Assembly (NCBI GenBank): GCA_951406725.2 | Contig: OX597828.1 | Location: 48,360,001-48,424,000, forward strand | Direction: 5' to 3' | DNA length: 64,000 nt | From: Octopus vulgaris | Lineage: Eukaryota | Shown here: positions 13,070 to 26,129 of the stretch, piece by piece | Layout: the number at the start of each line of letters is the position of its first letter | Numbering within the stretch: the first letter of the stretch is position 1 | Program-made: the position numbers and the translations under genes | Notes under the pieces: model-generated | What the model saw: the letters and a program-made list of their open reading frames with translations, nothing else | What the model was told of the DNA's origin: nothing | The model's database searches: none

Positions 13070-13738
13070 AATCTTAGGGTTGCAAGAATATTTATCGAAA
13101 AATTCTTTGTTACCAGTGGTCTAGCGAGGACAAAATTTAGTCAATAGACTATAGATTATTCAGAGAACAATACAGTGTACATTCAAACACATAAGAGATA
13201 ACCAAAAAATAGGATATCTGACTCACTAGAAAGAGCAGTTAAACTCCAAGCCACTAATTGTAATTCTGAAAGTGAATGAAAAATAAAAACTTTCACCTTA
13301 TTGTCCTAGACCATGCATAGTTTCTGCAGTCTTAAATATAGATTGAAATAAAATAATTCCAATCTATATCTGGTGCTGCTTCTTCAGTAGGATGCCAAGG
13401 ATCGAACACATAGATACGGGGCGATAAATAACCAGCCACGTGTCTATATGTTATAATTTTTCGAATCCATCGCGCAAATGCGGAACTAACCGGCAGTAAA
13501 TAAATTGCTAATTTTCTTCCAAAATTAGCCAAAAACATTTTATCATTGATTAAAAAATCTTAGGGTAGCAAGAATATTTATCGAAAAATTCTTGTTACCT
13601 GTGGTCTAGCGAGAAGGAAAAAATTTAGTCAATAGACTATAGATTATTCAGAGAAGAATATAGTGTATATTCAAACGCATAAGAGATAACCAAAAAATAG
13701 GATATCTGACGAGCATCCACTAGAAAGAGCAGTTAAAC
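13063..13738 (-). mobile_element. Hammerhead-containing partial tandem (486-bp period), Penelope-like/retrozyme-like
   Basis: 13063-13245 is repeated at 13549-13738; abuts (TA)n; hammerhead at 13304-13392. Confidence 0.75.
13304..13392 (-). ncRNA. Type I hammerhead ribozyme with extended stem II
   Basis: UCCUA-CUGAAGA-A-GCAG...(hairpin insert)...CUGC-A-GAAACUAUGCAUGGU-C-UAGGA; intact core, GUC triplet, self-complementary stem III. Confidence 0.85.
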
Positions 13739-14084
13739 CTTAAGGACGTGGAAATACTTGGGTTGGTGTCCAGGCGCGTGGTTAGACCACTGGAAGTGGA
13801 AGGCTCCTCTGTTGTCACGCCATCTCTCTAGGGGACAGAAACTCTGAGGGAAAACCTGCGACACTGACAATATTCGATGAATGAGACTAGTTCTTCTTTT
13901 CGAGTTTATGTTGTCCATGTTTAGAGAGTGGGAATGCATTGGTGCAAATCCTTCCCCACTATGAAAAATCATTATGCACAGGCATCGCTTGAAAAAGGAA
14001 AAAAAAGTAAGACCTATCACAAAAATGGCTGGTCGTAGCCTTCGCATGTGTGGGACTTTCGATCAGGCGATGGCAATACTTGTA

Positions 14085-14745
14085 AGGCGGCGAGATGGCA
14101 GAATCGTTTGCACGCCGGGCCAAATGCTTAGCGGTATTTCGTCTGCCGATACGTTCTCAGTTTAAATTTCGCCGAGTTCGACTTTGCCTTTCATCCTTTC
14201 GGGGTCGATTAAATAAGTACCAGTTACGCACTGGGGTCGATATAATCGACTTAATACTTTTGTCTGTCCTTGTTTGTCCTCTCTGTGTTTAGCCCCTTGT
14301 GGGTGGTAAAGAAACAGGTATTTCGTCTGCCGATACGTTCTCAGTTTAAATTTCGCCGAGTTCGACTTGGCCTTTCATCCTTTCGGGGTCGATTAAACAA
14401 GTACCAGTTACTTTATGACTTGTCCATATTTTCACAGACATTTTATTTGATTTTCCACTTCAGTATTGTGTGTGTGTGTGTGTGTTTGTGTGCTTGTTTG
14501 TCCCCCCACCACTATCGCTTGACAACCGATGTTGGTGTTTACGTCACCGAAACTTAGCGGCTCGACAAAAGAGGATGATAGAATAAGTACTAGGCTTACA
14601 AAGAATAAGTCCTGGGGTCGATTTGTTCGACGAAAACCCTCCAAAGCCGTGCTCCAGCATGGCTGCAGTCAAAGACTGAAACAAGTAAAAGAATAATATA
14701 TATATATATATGGCGGTGCCCCAGCATGGCCACAGCTCATGAGCT
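14085..14745 (+). mobile_element. SINE B partial dimer followed by SINE A 3' half
   Basis: Matches family B at 14085-14410 and the family A tail at ~14465-14745. Confidence 0.8.
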
Positions 14746-14779
14746 GAAACTAGAATCAATCAATCATATATGCACACAC

Positions 14780-14862
<83 letters not shown>

Positions 14863-15084
14863 CAATATAGCGTGGCAAAAAAAAAAATTTGTAGAATTCT
14901 TTTGCCACCAGCGGCCTAGTGGGAAAAAATTAAATAGTCATAAACCATTTTTAAGTTCAACATCACAATCAAGGAACGGCCATAATAGGCCATTCACCCA
15001 CTAGAAATAACAGCTAAAAGCTTCAACCGCAAAATAACATCAATTCCGTAAACCAGGAGAAAATTAAAAAACATTTACCCTGTA

Positions 15085-15191
15085 ATTTCTTAGACGATGC
15101 ACCGTTTCATCAACTGTTTAATGGAAAACTAACCTGATTAAATTAAATCAAGCCAATCTACCATAGGCCCTTAGATTCATCAGTAAGAAAT
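15085..15191 (-). ncRNA. Type I hammerhead ribozyme (copy 1)
   Basis: Same motif as 16019-16125 with an intact CUGAUGA core and one mismatch in stem II. Confidence 0.8.
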
Positions 15192-15531
15192 AGCCAAGCC
15201 GGAACAGATATTTTTCACGAGGCATTCTCGTTGCTACCTCGTCAATATCTGACCTAAAATTTTCAAATCGTCGCACTCGCGCCAAATTTATCGGCAGCAA
15301 ATAAATATAAGCCGCCGATTCCATTACGGAATTAACCAGAAAATTCATAATTAATCAATATGATTAATTGATTAATTATGAATTTTCTGGTTAATTCCGT
15401 AATGGAATCGGCGGCTTATATTTATTTGCTGCCGATAAATTTGGCAGTGCGACGATTTGAAAATTTTAGGTCAGATATTGACGAGGTAGCAACGAGAATG
15501 CCTCGTGAAAAATATCTGTTCCGGCTTGGCT

Positions 15532-15636
15532 ATTTCTTACTGATAATCTAAGGGCTATGGTAGATTGGCTTGATTTAATTTAATCAGGTTAGTTTTCCAT
15601 TAAACAGTAGATGAAACGGTGCATCGTCTAAGAAAT
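15532..15636 (+). ncRNA. Hammerhead copy 2, core G8 missing
   Basis: Reads CTGATAATCTA instead of CTGATGAATCTA; this copy has several other 1-2 nt deletions. Confidence 0.55.
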
Positions 15637-16018
15637 TACAGGGTAAATGTTTTTTAATTTTCTCTGGTTTACGGAATTGACGTTATTTGCGGTTAAAGCT
15701 TTTGGCTGTTATTTCTAGTGGGTGAATGGCCTATTATGGCCGTTCCTTGATTGTGATGTTGAACTTAAAAATGGTTTATGACTATTTAATTTTTTCCCAC
15801 TAGGCCGCTGGTGGCAAAAGAATTCTACAAAATTTTTTTTGCCACCCTATATTGATTAATTATGAATTTTCTGGTTAATTCCGTAATGGAATCGGCGGCT
15901 TATATTTATTTGCTGCCGATAAATTTGGCGCGAGTGCGACGATTTGAAAATTTTAGGTCAGATATTGACGAGGTAGCAACGAGAATGCCTCGTGAAAAAT
16001 ATCTGTTCCGGCTTGGCT

Positions 16019-16125
16019 ATTTCTTACTGATGAATCTAAGGGCCTATGGTAGATTGGCTTGATTTAATTTAATCAGGTTAGTTTTCCATTAAACAGTAGA
16101 TGAAACGGTGCATCGTCTAAGAAAT
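16019..16125 (+). ncRNA. Type I hammerhead ribozyme with extended stem II (copy 3, intact)
   Basis: AUUUCUUA-CUGAUGA-AUCUA...(58 nt)...UAGAU-GAAACGGUGCAUCGU-C-UAAGAAAU: 8-bp stem I, perfect core, 5-bp stem II base, predicted cleavage after C16117. Confidence 0.88.
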
Positions 16126-16243
16126 TACAGGGTAAATGTTTTTTAATTTTCTCCTGGTTTACGGAATTGACGTTATTTTGCGGTTAAAGCTTTTGGCTGT
16201 TATTTCTAGTGGGTGAATGGCCTATTATGGCCGTTCCTTGATT

Positions 16244-16309
<66 letters not shown>

Positions 16310-16310
16310 T

Positions 16311-16368
<58 letters not shown>

Positions 16369-16415
16369 GTATATATATATATGTATATATATATATGTAT
16401 ATATAAATGTATATG

Positions 16416-16475
<60 letters not shown>

Positions 16476-16674
16476 ATGAGTGGCTGCGTGGTAAGTAGCT
16501 TGCTTGCCAAGTACTTGTTTCCGGGTTCAGTCCCTCTGTGTGGCACTTTGGATAAGTGTCTTCTACTATAGCCTCGGGCCGACTAAATGCTTTGTGAGTG
16601 GATTTGGTAAACGGAAACTAAAAGAAACCCGTCCTTTTTCGTCCTTGTTTTCGTAATATATATAAATATGTATA

Positions 16675-16742
<68 letters not shown>

Positions 16743-16784
16743 CAGACAAACAGGCACACACATAAACATCTAGCCAAACATACA

Positions 16785-17032
16785 TACAGGGTTGGCCAAA
16801 AGTCACCCGACTGTAAATAAAAATTCCTTAAACGCTTAATATTCAATTTTATTTATTCATTCCAATTATGAATGTTTAATAATAGAATGCTGTGAGTTAA
16901 AATCACCGTTTCCCCCCCCCCCACCATTTGTCTATTTATTAGCGAGGTCCCATATAATATAATTTTTTGTTTCCATCTTGGAATTAAACGGGGTTTTGAT
17001 TTACTGTCAAGTGACTTTTGGCCAACCCTGTA
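16785..17032. mobile_element. Tc1/mariner-type MITE
   Basis: TA-CAGGGTTGGCCAAAAGTCAC ... GTGACTTTTGGCCAACCCTG-TA. Confidence 0.9.
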
Positions 17033-17156
17033 TATAGAAAGTTCGTATCCACAGAGAAAAAGCACCCACCTCAGTCCCTCTGTCTCCCCCGTTTCCTCAG
17101 TTCACGCCCCCACCCACCCACTATCCTTCTCAGCCTATACATGAACAGAAATCACG

Positions 17157-17195
<39 letters not shown>

Positions 17196-17756
17196 ATGGT
17201 GGCTATGGTGGTAGTTAGTGTAGGACGGCAAATGGTGAATGAGAATAAATTGTGATGAAGAGGAAAAAGGAAACTAAGGGTGAATGAGAGAGAGAGAGAG
17301 AGAGAGAGAGGGGGAGAGAGGGAGAGCAGCTGGAGAGCAAGGGTGATCAGAGAGGAAGAGGAGAGAGGAAGTGAGTGGCTAAGATTGATTCGTATGAAAG
17401 TTGGATGATATTGTATAAGAGGAGGTGGTGGTGGGGGTGACAGAAGGTGGGTGGATAACGTGTTGCTATAGTAACGGTGTGTTGTGCATGCATATGTGTG
17501 GGTGTGTGTATGTGTGTATGTATGAGTGCGAGATTGTATGCTTGTACTTGTGTGTATATGCATCAATGTATATGTGTGTGCGTGCGTGTGTGTGTGCGTG
17601 TGTGGTGTGAAAGGCAAACTGAAGGGAGTTTCCCCAGTCATTCTTCCAAAGACTATTGATCGCTTTCGAGTGTGTGTGTGTGTGTGTTCGTATATATGTG
17701 TGTGCATATATATATATATTTGAGTGTTTACATAAGTATGTCTGAATGTCCAGTTA

Positions 17757-17820
<64 letters not shown>

Positions 17821-17939
17821 GTCTGTCTGTCTATCTGCCTGCCTGCCTGCCTGCCTATCTGCCTGCCTGCCTGCCTGTCTATCTATCTATCTATTTATCT
17901 GTCTGTCTGTCTGTCTATCTGTCTGTCTGTCTGCATGCC

Positions 17940-18025
<86 letters not shown>

Positions 18026-18026
<1 letters not shown>

Positions 18027-18236
18027 TCTGTGATAACGATCCCTATTGATCAATTTTTTTCCTCTCCCCCTTTTTTTTTAACCCCCTCTTTTTTTGTCCT
18101 CTTTCTCTCCTTTTACGATCCCTTTTGATCGAAACTCCCCCTTCCCTTTTTTTTTTTTTTTAAACCTTCAAAAGAAAAGCTCTACCTTGTAATTTGTTCT
18201 ATCTGTGTGCAGCCCTGTGTGGCTAATAAAGAAACA
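18026..18236 (+). mobile_element. Tx1-type LINE 3' UTR fragment in (TATC)n
   Basis: Near-identical to 39845-40067; (TATC)n on both sides. Confidence 0.85.
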
Positions 18237-18304
<68 letters not shown>

Positions 18305-18342
18305 AGTCTATCTATCTGTCAGTCTATCTATCTATTTGTATA

Positions 18343-18490
<148 letters not shown>

Positions 18491-18529
18491 CTATCTATTT
18501 GTCCGTCTGTCTGAATGAATGAATGAAAA

Positions 18530-18905
18530 TTTCGCTACCACTCGTACACAAGCGGAGCAAGGATCAAATTCTGACAACCGAGGCCAAGAAGAACCGTTTG
18601 ACGAATGTAGCGAAACTCCTGAAGAAGCTGAGGCATCCTGGTGAGCCGGGGATGATCTGGTTCTTCTCAGGTGAAAAGAACTTCTGCCAGGATCAGTTAC
18701 ACAACGCCCCGAACAACAGGTGGCTTGCCTACAATCTATATGACGTCTCATGTATCATGAAAACCAAGTTACCTCCAAATTTCAGTTGTTTCCAGTGAGG
18801 GTGACGTCATATCCCCCTCACATCTTTGAATAGGCCTTAAGCTCGATTGAGACTGATATGTGAAGCTGTTGGAGGCCATATGTGGCAGCAGGATATTCGG
18901 CTCCT
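18530..18905 (+). mobile_element. Tc1/mariner (maT-like) transposase relic
   Basis: IWFFSGEKNFCQDQLHNAPNNRWLA resembles the first catalytic FSDEK motif region. Confidence 0.7.
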
Positions 18906-18932
18906 TGCCTTATATATGTATGTGTATACACA

Positions 18933-19022
<90 letters not shown>

Positions 19023-19042
19023 CATATATGAATATATATATA

Positions 19043-20261
19043 TACAGGGGTTGGACAAAATAATGGAAACATCTTAAAATTTCAAACAAATTTATTTTAA
19101 TATGGGGTAAGTTCACCTTTGGCAATAATTAAAACTTGAATTCTACGAGGTATGGACTCGTACAAAGTTTGAATTGTTTCCAAAGGAATTTTTGTCCATT
19201 CTTCAGCTAAAACAGTCTCCAGTTCTTGTAGTGATGATGGTGGAGGATATCGACGTCTTAATTGTTTTTCTAAAATGCACCATAAATGTTCAATAATATT
19301 GAGATCTGGGGACTGTGGTGGCCAGATAAGATGTTCAACTTCACTAGAATGTTCCTCGTGCCATTCAGTAACAATTTTAAGCTGTGTGAATTGGCGCATT
19401 ATCATCCTGAAAGATTGCGTTTCTCTCTGGAAACAGTTCCGCAACCATAGGATGAATTTGATCAGATAAAATGTTTAAATAGTCTTGGCTATTAATTCTG
19501 CCATGAAGGGAAACCATTGGGCCAGCGGATTTCCAAGATATAGCCCCGCCTCTCCAGATCATCACAGATCCTCCTTCACCTATACTTGTTGGAAATAAGG
19601 TAAAGGAAGACTCGTCCGAGAAAATAACATTCTTCCACTGCTATTGGGACCAATTCTGTAGGTTTATACTCCACTCTAAATGCTTTGTAACGTTTGTTTT
19701 TGAAAGTAGCAGTTTTCTGATTGCAGCCCTCCCGTGAAATCCGGTTTTGTGTAGTTCCCGGCGAACAATTTTTGTGGAAACTGGGTTCTCGAGGTGGTCA
19801 TTAAATTGCTGTAATTTTGGGAGATGTACTTTTGCGATCCTTTCTAGCAATTCGCCAAAGAATCTGATGGTCCATCTCTGAAAGTTTTGGTTTTCTTCCG
19901 GATTTTATTTCGACGAGGAGGGTTTTCCCTCTTTCTCAAAGGCTGTCATTACTTTCGAGACATTACTTCTTGCTACACCAAACATTTCGGCTGTTTTCGT
20001 TACGCTGGCGCCTGCCATACGAGCACCAGCAATTTGAATTCTCTTTGAAAGTCCGTTAGATCCGTCATTTTAATGAATTTTAATTACCTTTTTCTGATGA
20101 TATCTGAAAAGAAACAACAACTTTAGTAAAACATATTAAGCAACACTAATAATAAATAAAGACAAACATTAAAATAAACAAGCTTTTGACGGTTTTATAG
20201 ATATTTCAAAATTATGATGCTATGACGCTAGGTGTTTCCATTATTTTGTCCAATTCCTGTA
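19043..20261 (-). mobile_element. Near full-length defective Tc1 (DD34E) element
   Basis: TIRs TA-CAGG..TTGGACAAAATAATGGAAACA at both ends; FQDDNAPIH and WPPQSPDLNIIEHLW motifs split by frameshifts. Confidence 0.93.
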
Positions 20262-20318
20262 TATATATATGTATATATGTATATATATATATGAGTGTGT
20301 GTATATATATATATGTGA

Positions 20319-20349
<31 letters not shown>

Positions 20350-20356
20350 TATACAT

Positions 20357-20391
<35 letters not shown>

Positions 20392-20570
20392 CATATACAT
20401 ATATATATATATTTATGTGTGTGAATATATATATATGAATATATATATGTATATATATGTATATATATATATGTACATTTATATATATTTGAATATATAT
20501 ATGTATATATATATACATATATAGGTATATATATATGTATATATATACATATATATACATATATACATAT

Positions 20571-20611
<41 letters not shown>

Positions 20612-20677
20612 TGTATATATACACACACACACACATATATATATATACATATGCATAATTGTATATATGTATATATA

Positions 20678-20723
<46 letters not shown>

Positions 20724-21514
20724 CATGTATACACGCTATGCAAGTACATCTCCGAAATATATTATCGTTTTCTTAGTACTAAAACATTTGAGATATATAT
20801 TAATGGCACACCTTCTGAGTCGGACCCGACTAGAGTTGGTTCCAGTAAGTTATATCGTTGCACCCGAGGAAATATTTTATTATCTCAAAGAAAGAGAAAC
20901 TTATGGATCCATACACTTCAAAAGATGTGACCTACTTTCCCTTCACTTTCTCTATACATCCCAAGCTGAACGGAAGTTTTGTTTGCTTTCTTTTTTTTTT
21001 GTAAACTTTATGTATATGTTCGTCCGAATGAATTCTAGTTATATGAACGATTTTGTAAAGTTTTTCAGCTGAAACAATGCAAGCTTTGTATCAAGCATCG
21101 ATCGTTTCAAGATCTGCATACATTCAGTTAGACTAGTAGTTCTCAACCATTTTATACCTATGATTCGCTTTGGCTCCTATTTTATATTTATATGATTAAA
21201 CATAATTGGGAATCGTATAAAAAACTTAAAATATTTTGTGCATTGTTGAACATAAATTTTCACAACAAAATCTTATATGGCCCCCCAAGGACCATATGAA
21301 ACCACTGATTCAGACAATATCTACCTCGGTTCTCACTCTAAGGACTCTGGTTTAATATAACACACACGCACCACACATAAACACATACATATAAATGTAA
21401 ATATATATATATGTATGTGTAGTATGTGTATACATGTATATATATATATGTATGCATGTATATATATATATATATATATGTATCAAAATAAGCAACAAGT
21501 ATATCCGACGTAAT

Positions 21515-21600
21515 GTGGTACAATCGTTTCATGCCACTTCATTTTATTAAACACTGTAAGCATTACATCAGTTTTAAAATGTCGAGCAATCTTCAGCCAC
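21515..21600 (-). ncRNA. Type I hammerhead ribozyme with extended stem II
   Basis: GUGG-CUGAAGA-U-UGCU...GGCA-U-GAAACGAUUGU-A-CCAC; the inverted partial copy at 21606-21650 keeps the perfect palindrome ACGATCGT; the element abuts (TA)n at ~21480. Confidence 0.75.
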
Positions 21601-21896
21601 CTATAGAAACGATCGTACCACATTACCTCGGATATACTTATTTTGATTGTAACCACCCCATGGATTTATATGGATAATACCATACAAAATTCTGGTGCCT
21701 TTGACTTAAGTACCATGTTCATCTGAATCTAAATTTTGCTGAACTTATATATATACATGCATACATACATGCATACATATATGCATGCATACATGCATAC
21801 ATACATACATACATACATACATACATACATACATACATGTTGTGTGTGTGTGTGTGTGTGTGTGTCTGTGTGTGTGTGTGTGCTCTCTACACACAA

Positions 21897-22092
21897 ACTT
21901 GTTTCAGTCATTTGACCGTGGCCATGCTGGAGCACCGCCTTTAGTCGAGCAAATCGACCCCAGGACTTATTCTTTGTAAGCCTAGTACTTATTCTATCGG
22001 TCTCTTTTGCCGAACCGCTAAGTGACGGGGACATAAACATACCAGCATCGGTTGTCAAGCTGTGTTGGAGGGACAAACACAAACACACAAAA

Positions 22093-22123
<31 letters not shown>

Positions 22124-22372
22124 ACACACACTCACACACACACATATATATGTATATATATACGTCGGGCTTCTTTCAGTTTCCGTCTACCAAATCCACT
22201 CACAAGGCTTTTGTCGTTCCGAGGCTATAGTAGAAGACACTCACCCAAGGTGCCACGCAGTGGGACTGAACCCGGAACCATGTGGTTGGTAAGCAAGCTA
22301 CTTTATTTCATAGAATTTGCCATGACGGCATTAGTAAGCAAGCTACTTACCACACAGCCACTCCTACGCCTT
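21897..22372 (-). mobile_element. SINE family A
   Basis: Family A match, with a small insertion flanked by a GTAAGCAAGCTACTT duplication in the head. Confidence 0.85.
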
Positions 22373-22599
22373 TATTGCTAAAGTTGTTATCATAATGTAT
22401 ATTGACCCCTTTATTATCCTTCCGAACCCTATTTTTATTGTAGACCAAGTAAATGTTACTTTGGCCTACTTCATGGATGAAATTTGAGGAACAGTTGTCC
22501 CTATCAGGTCCGCGAGATCCATTTTATGTTTCAGTCTGTCCTGCAAACCCAAACGAGTTTGACACACCTGGTATAATATGACACACCTGGTATAATAAA

Positions 22600-22830
22600 G
22601 GCGGCGAGCTGGCAGAAACGTTAGCACGCCAGGCGAAATGCTTAGCGGTATTTCGTCTGCGTTACGTTGTGAGTTCAAATTCCGCCGAGGTCGACTTTGC
22701 CTTTCATCCTTTCGGGTCGATAAATTAAGTACCAGTTACGCACTGGAGTCGATGTAATCGACTTAATACCTATGTCTGTCCTTGTTTGTCCCCTCTGTGT
22801 TTAGCCCCTTGTGGGTAATAAAGAAATAGG
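22600..22830 (+). mobile_element. SINE family B monomer
   Basis: Full head-to-tail match; flanked by GGTATAATA on both sides (possible TSD). Confidence 0.88.
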
Positions 22831-23231
22831 TATAATATGCTGCCCTTGTCTAAAACTGTGATCAAACCTGCTAAAAGGGAAGTTCGGGGTGTTTAGGTAA
22901 CTTCTCTGTTCTAAAAATAGTTCCTTCTCTTGTTTCCTTCAGTCTTGGAGGCCAGAAAAAAAACAATCCAGAAACATTTGTAACAATATCTTCCTTAGAA
23001 AAAAGAAAAATTAAAAACGTTCACCGCTTCATTAATTCTGTTGTATGGCGTCTAATGTAAGGAGGGGTGGGCAGAGAAAGAGAGAGAAAGAGAGAGAGAG
23101 AGGGGGAGAGAAACAGGGAGAAACAGAGAGAGAGGGGGGAAGAGAAAGCGGGAGAGGAGGAGAACGGAAAAAGATGTAGTGAGTGGTTAGTTTAAGAGAT
23201 TAGTAATATATTGCATTGATATAACAGAAAG

Positions 23232-23402
<171 letters not shown>

Positions 23403-23487
23403 TGTGTGAATGTGTGTTAACGTTCCTCTGTTTTATAGATCCATTTAATTCACGTATATTTGTAAGCATCTGCGCCTGCGAATGCAA

Positions 23488-23525
<38 letters not shown>

Positions 23526-23847
23526 ATATATACACACACATCCACACATAAACACATATGCCAAGACACACACACACACACACACACACACATAGGCATT
23601 GAGTTACATATACACACCCAGACGCAGATGCACATAAATGCACAATGTATACCAGTGTGACTTTGATAACAAACACATATATACACACAGCCACAATCCC
23701 CTACATATGACCATGTATACACACACAGACACATGTTTGTATTTATGTATGTATGTATACGCTAATACACACATACACGTGCCCACAATGCATTAAATAT
23801 GCATAGCGCATATGTGTGTATATTCGGAATTGTATGTGTATTTATGT

Positions 23848-23885
<38 letters not shown>

Positions 23886-23998
23886 ATTATGACTGCGTGT
23901 ATGTGTGCGTTCGGGCGTGCATATGCACCGAAATTAGGAAGGAAACTGTAGGAAACCACGAAGACAACTGACATATAAGCACAGGGAGAGCAGAGAAG

Positions 23999-24139
<141 letters not shown>

Positions 24140-24184
24140 TATACATATATATATATATATTCATATATATATACATATATATAC

Positions 24185-24249
<65 letters not shown>

Positions 24250-24606
24250 TGTGTATGTGTGTGCGTGCAGATATATATGTATGTATATGTGTATGTACTT
24301 ATATATATATATAAAATATATATACATAGAATTACGTATATATATATATATACGTAATTCTATGTATTTATATTTGAGTGTAGATAGATAGGTAGATAAA
24401 CACACACCCATTTATATAGATAGAGAGAAAGGAAGGATAAAAACTTCGATAAAGAGAAAGCGTAAGAGAGAAAGAAAGAAAGAAAGAAAGAAAGAAATAA
24501 AGAAGGAAAGAAAGAGATACCAAAAGAGGGAGTGAGAGATAGAATTTGAGATATAAACTATGAAGGGTAGAGAAGGGAGGAGAGAGGAAGAAAGAAACGG
24601 AGGCAC

Positions 24607-24644
<38 letters not shown>

Positions 24645-24938
24645 AAAGATAGAGCGAATGAGAAAGAGGAAGCTTAACACCACCACCACCACCACCACCA
24701 CCACCACCACCACCACCACCACCACCACCAACACCACAAAACCACCACCACCACCACCACAACACCACCAAAACCACCACCACCACCACCACCACCACCA
24801 CCACCACCACCACCACCACCACCACCACCACCACCACCACCACCACCACCACCACCACCACCACCACCACCACCACCACCACCCCCACCACCATCAACAA
24901 CAACAACAGCAGCAGCAGCAGCAGCAACTTGACGTCCA

Positions 24939-25322
24939 TTAATTGAGCCGAGTCTCTTCATCTCCAAGTGACTCATACCTGTTCATCCGGGGTACCTGGA
25001 CAATTGGTATTGTCTGGAACCACGTCAGGTGTTCTGATGGCGTCCCAGGTAAGATGGCAGTCGGCTGATAATGGGAGGGCGCGCGGGGGGCGTGGGGGCG
25101 TGGAGGTGTGGAGGTAAGTGTGGTGGTGGTGGTAGTGGCGTTGATGATGGTGCTGTTAATGTTACTAGGAGTGGTTTGGGTGGGGGTGGGGGTCGGGGTG
25201 GCGGACGGTGGTGGGGATGATTGTGACGGTAATGGTGACGGTGGTGATGATGAAGGTTGGGTAATAGTGTGGTGGTAGTAGTGGTGATGGTAGAGGTGGT
25301 AGCGATGTTGATGCTGAGGTTG
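24939..25322 (-). CDS. Candidate coding exon, His/Ser/Pro/Thr-rich then unique sequence; product unknown
   Basis: 127 stop-free codons reading ...[36 protein letters not shown]...[45 protein letters not shown]; possible donor AG/GTATGAGT at 24979; absent from the ORF track because it has no early start codon. Confidence 0.35.
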   Translation of the reverse strand, partial: QPQHQHRYHLYHHHYYHHTITQPSSSPPSPLPSQSSPPPSATPTPTPTQTTPSNINSTIINATTTTTTLTSTPPRPHAPRAPSHYQPTAILPGTPSEHLTWFQTIPIVQVPRMNRYESLGDEETRLN

Positions 25323-25710
25323 TTATCGTTTCTAGTAGAAACGGTAGTGGTGGTGGTGGTGGTGGTGATGGTGGTGGTGGTGGTGGTGGTGGTGGTGGTA
25401 GTAGTAGTAGTAGTTGTAGTAGTTGTAGTAGTAATAGTAGTAGTTGTAGTAGTAGTAGTAGTAGTAGTAGTTGTGATTGTGACGACGTTCTTGTTGTTGC
25501 GGTAGTGGTGGTGATGGTGATGATGATGGTGGTGAGGGTAAGGGTGGTAGTGGCAGTAATAAGAGTGGAGGGTGGGGTGATGATTATGACGGTGTTATTG
25601 TTGTTGTTATTGCTGGTGGTTGTGATGGTGGTGTGTGCGTGTGTGTGTGCGTGCAGATATATATGTATATATATATGTGTGTACGTATATATATATATAT
25701 ATAATTATAT

Positions 25711-25788
<78 letters not shown>

Positions 25789-25798
25789 ATATATAGAT

Positions 25799-25832
<34 letters not shown>

Positions 25833-25975
25833 TAACAGAACAGCCTGCTCGTGAAATTAACGTGCAAGTGGCTGAGCACCCCACAGATACGCGAGGTGGT
25901 GTCGGAGGTGGTGATGAGAGCGCTGTTGGTAATGTTAACATTGATGATGATGATGATGATGATGATGGTGACGAC

Positions 25976-26006
<31 letters not shown>

Positions 26007-26070
26007 GTGATGGTGATGGTGGTGATGATGATGATGATGATGATGGTGATGGTGATGGTGATGGTAATGG

Positions 26071-26129
<59 letters not shown>

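Larger units (their letters stand above)
14861..16248. mobile_element. Three copies of a ~490-bp hammerhead-containing unit (one inverted, two head-to-tail) inside (TA)n
   Basis: 14861-15359 is the reverse complement of 15367-15856; 15851-16248 repeats the sequence from 15367 onward; (TA)n on both flanks. Confidence 0.85.

Noticed and set aside
13739-13995. Possible Penelope RT fragment (TRKEELVSFIEYCQ on the minus strand)
   Set aside because: Too short and lacking catalytic motifs to call without a search
15148-16062. Identical 66-aa ORFs on opposite strands
   Set aside because: By-product of the inverted repeat; the ORF overlaps the ribozyme and has no recognisable domain
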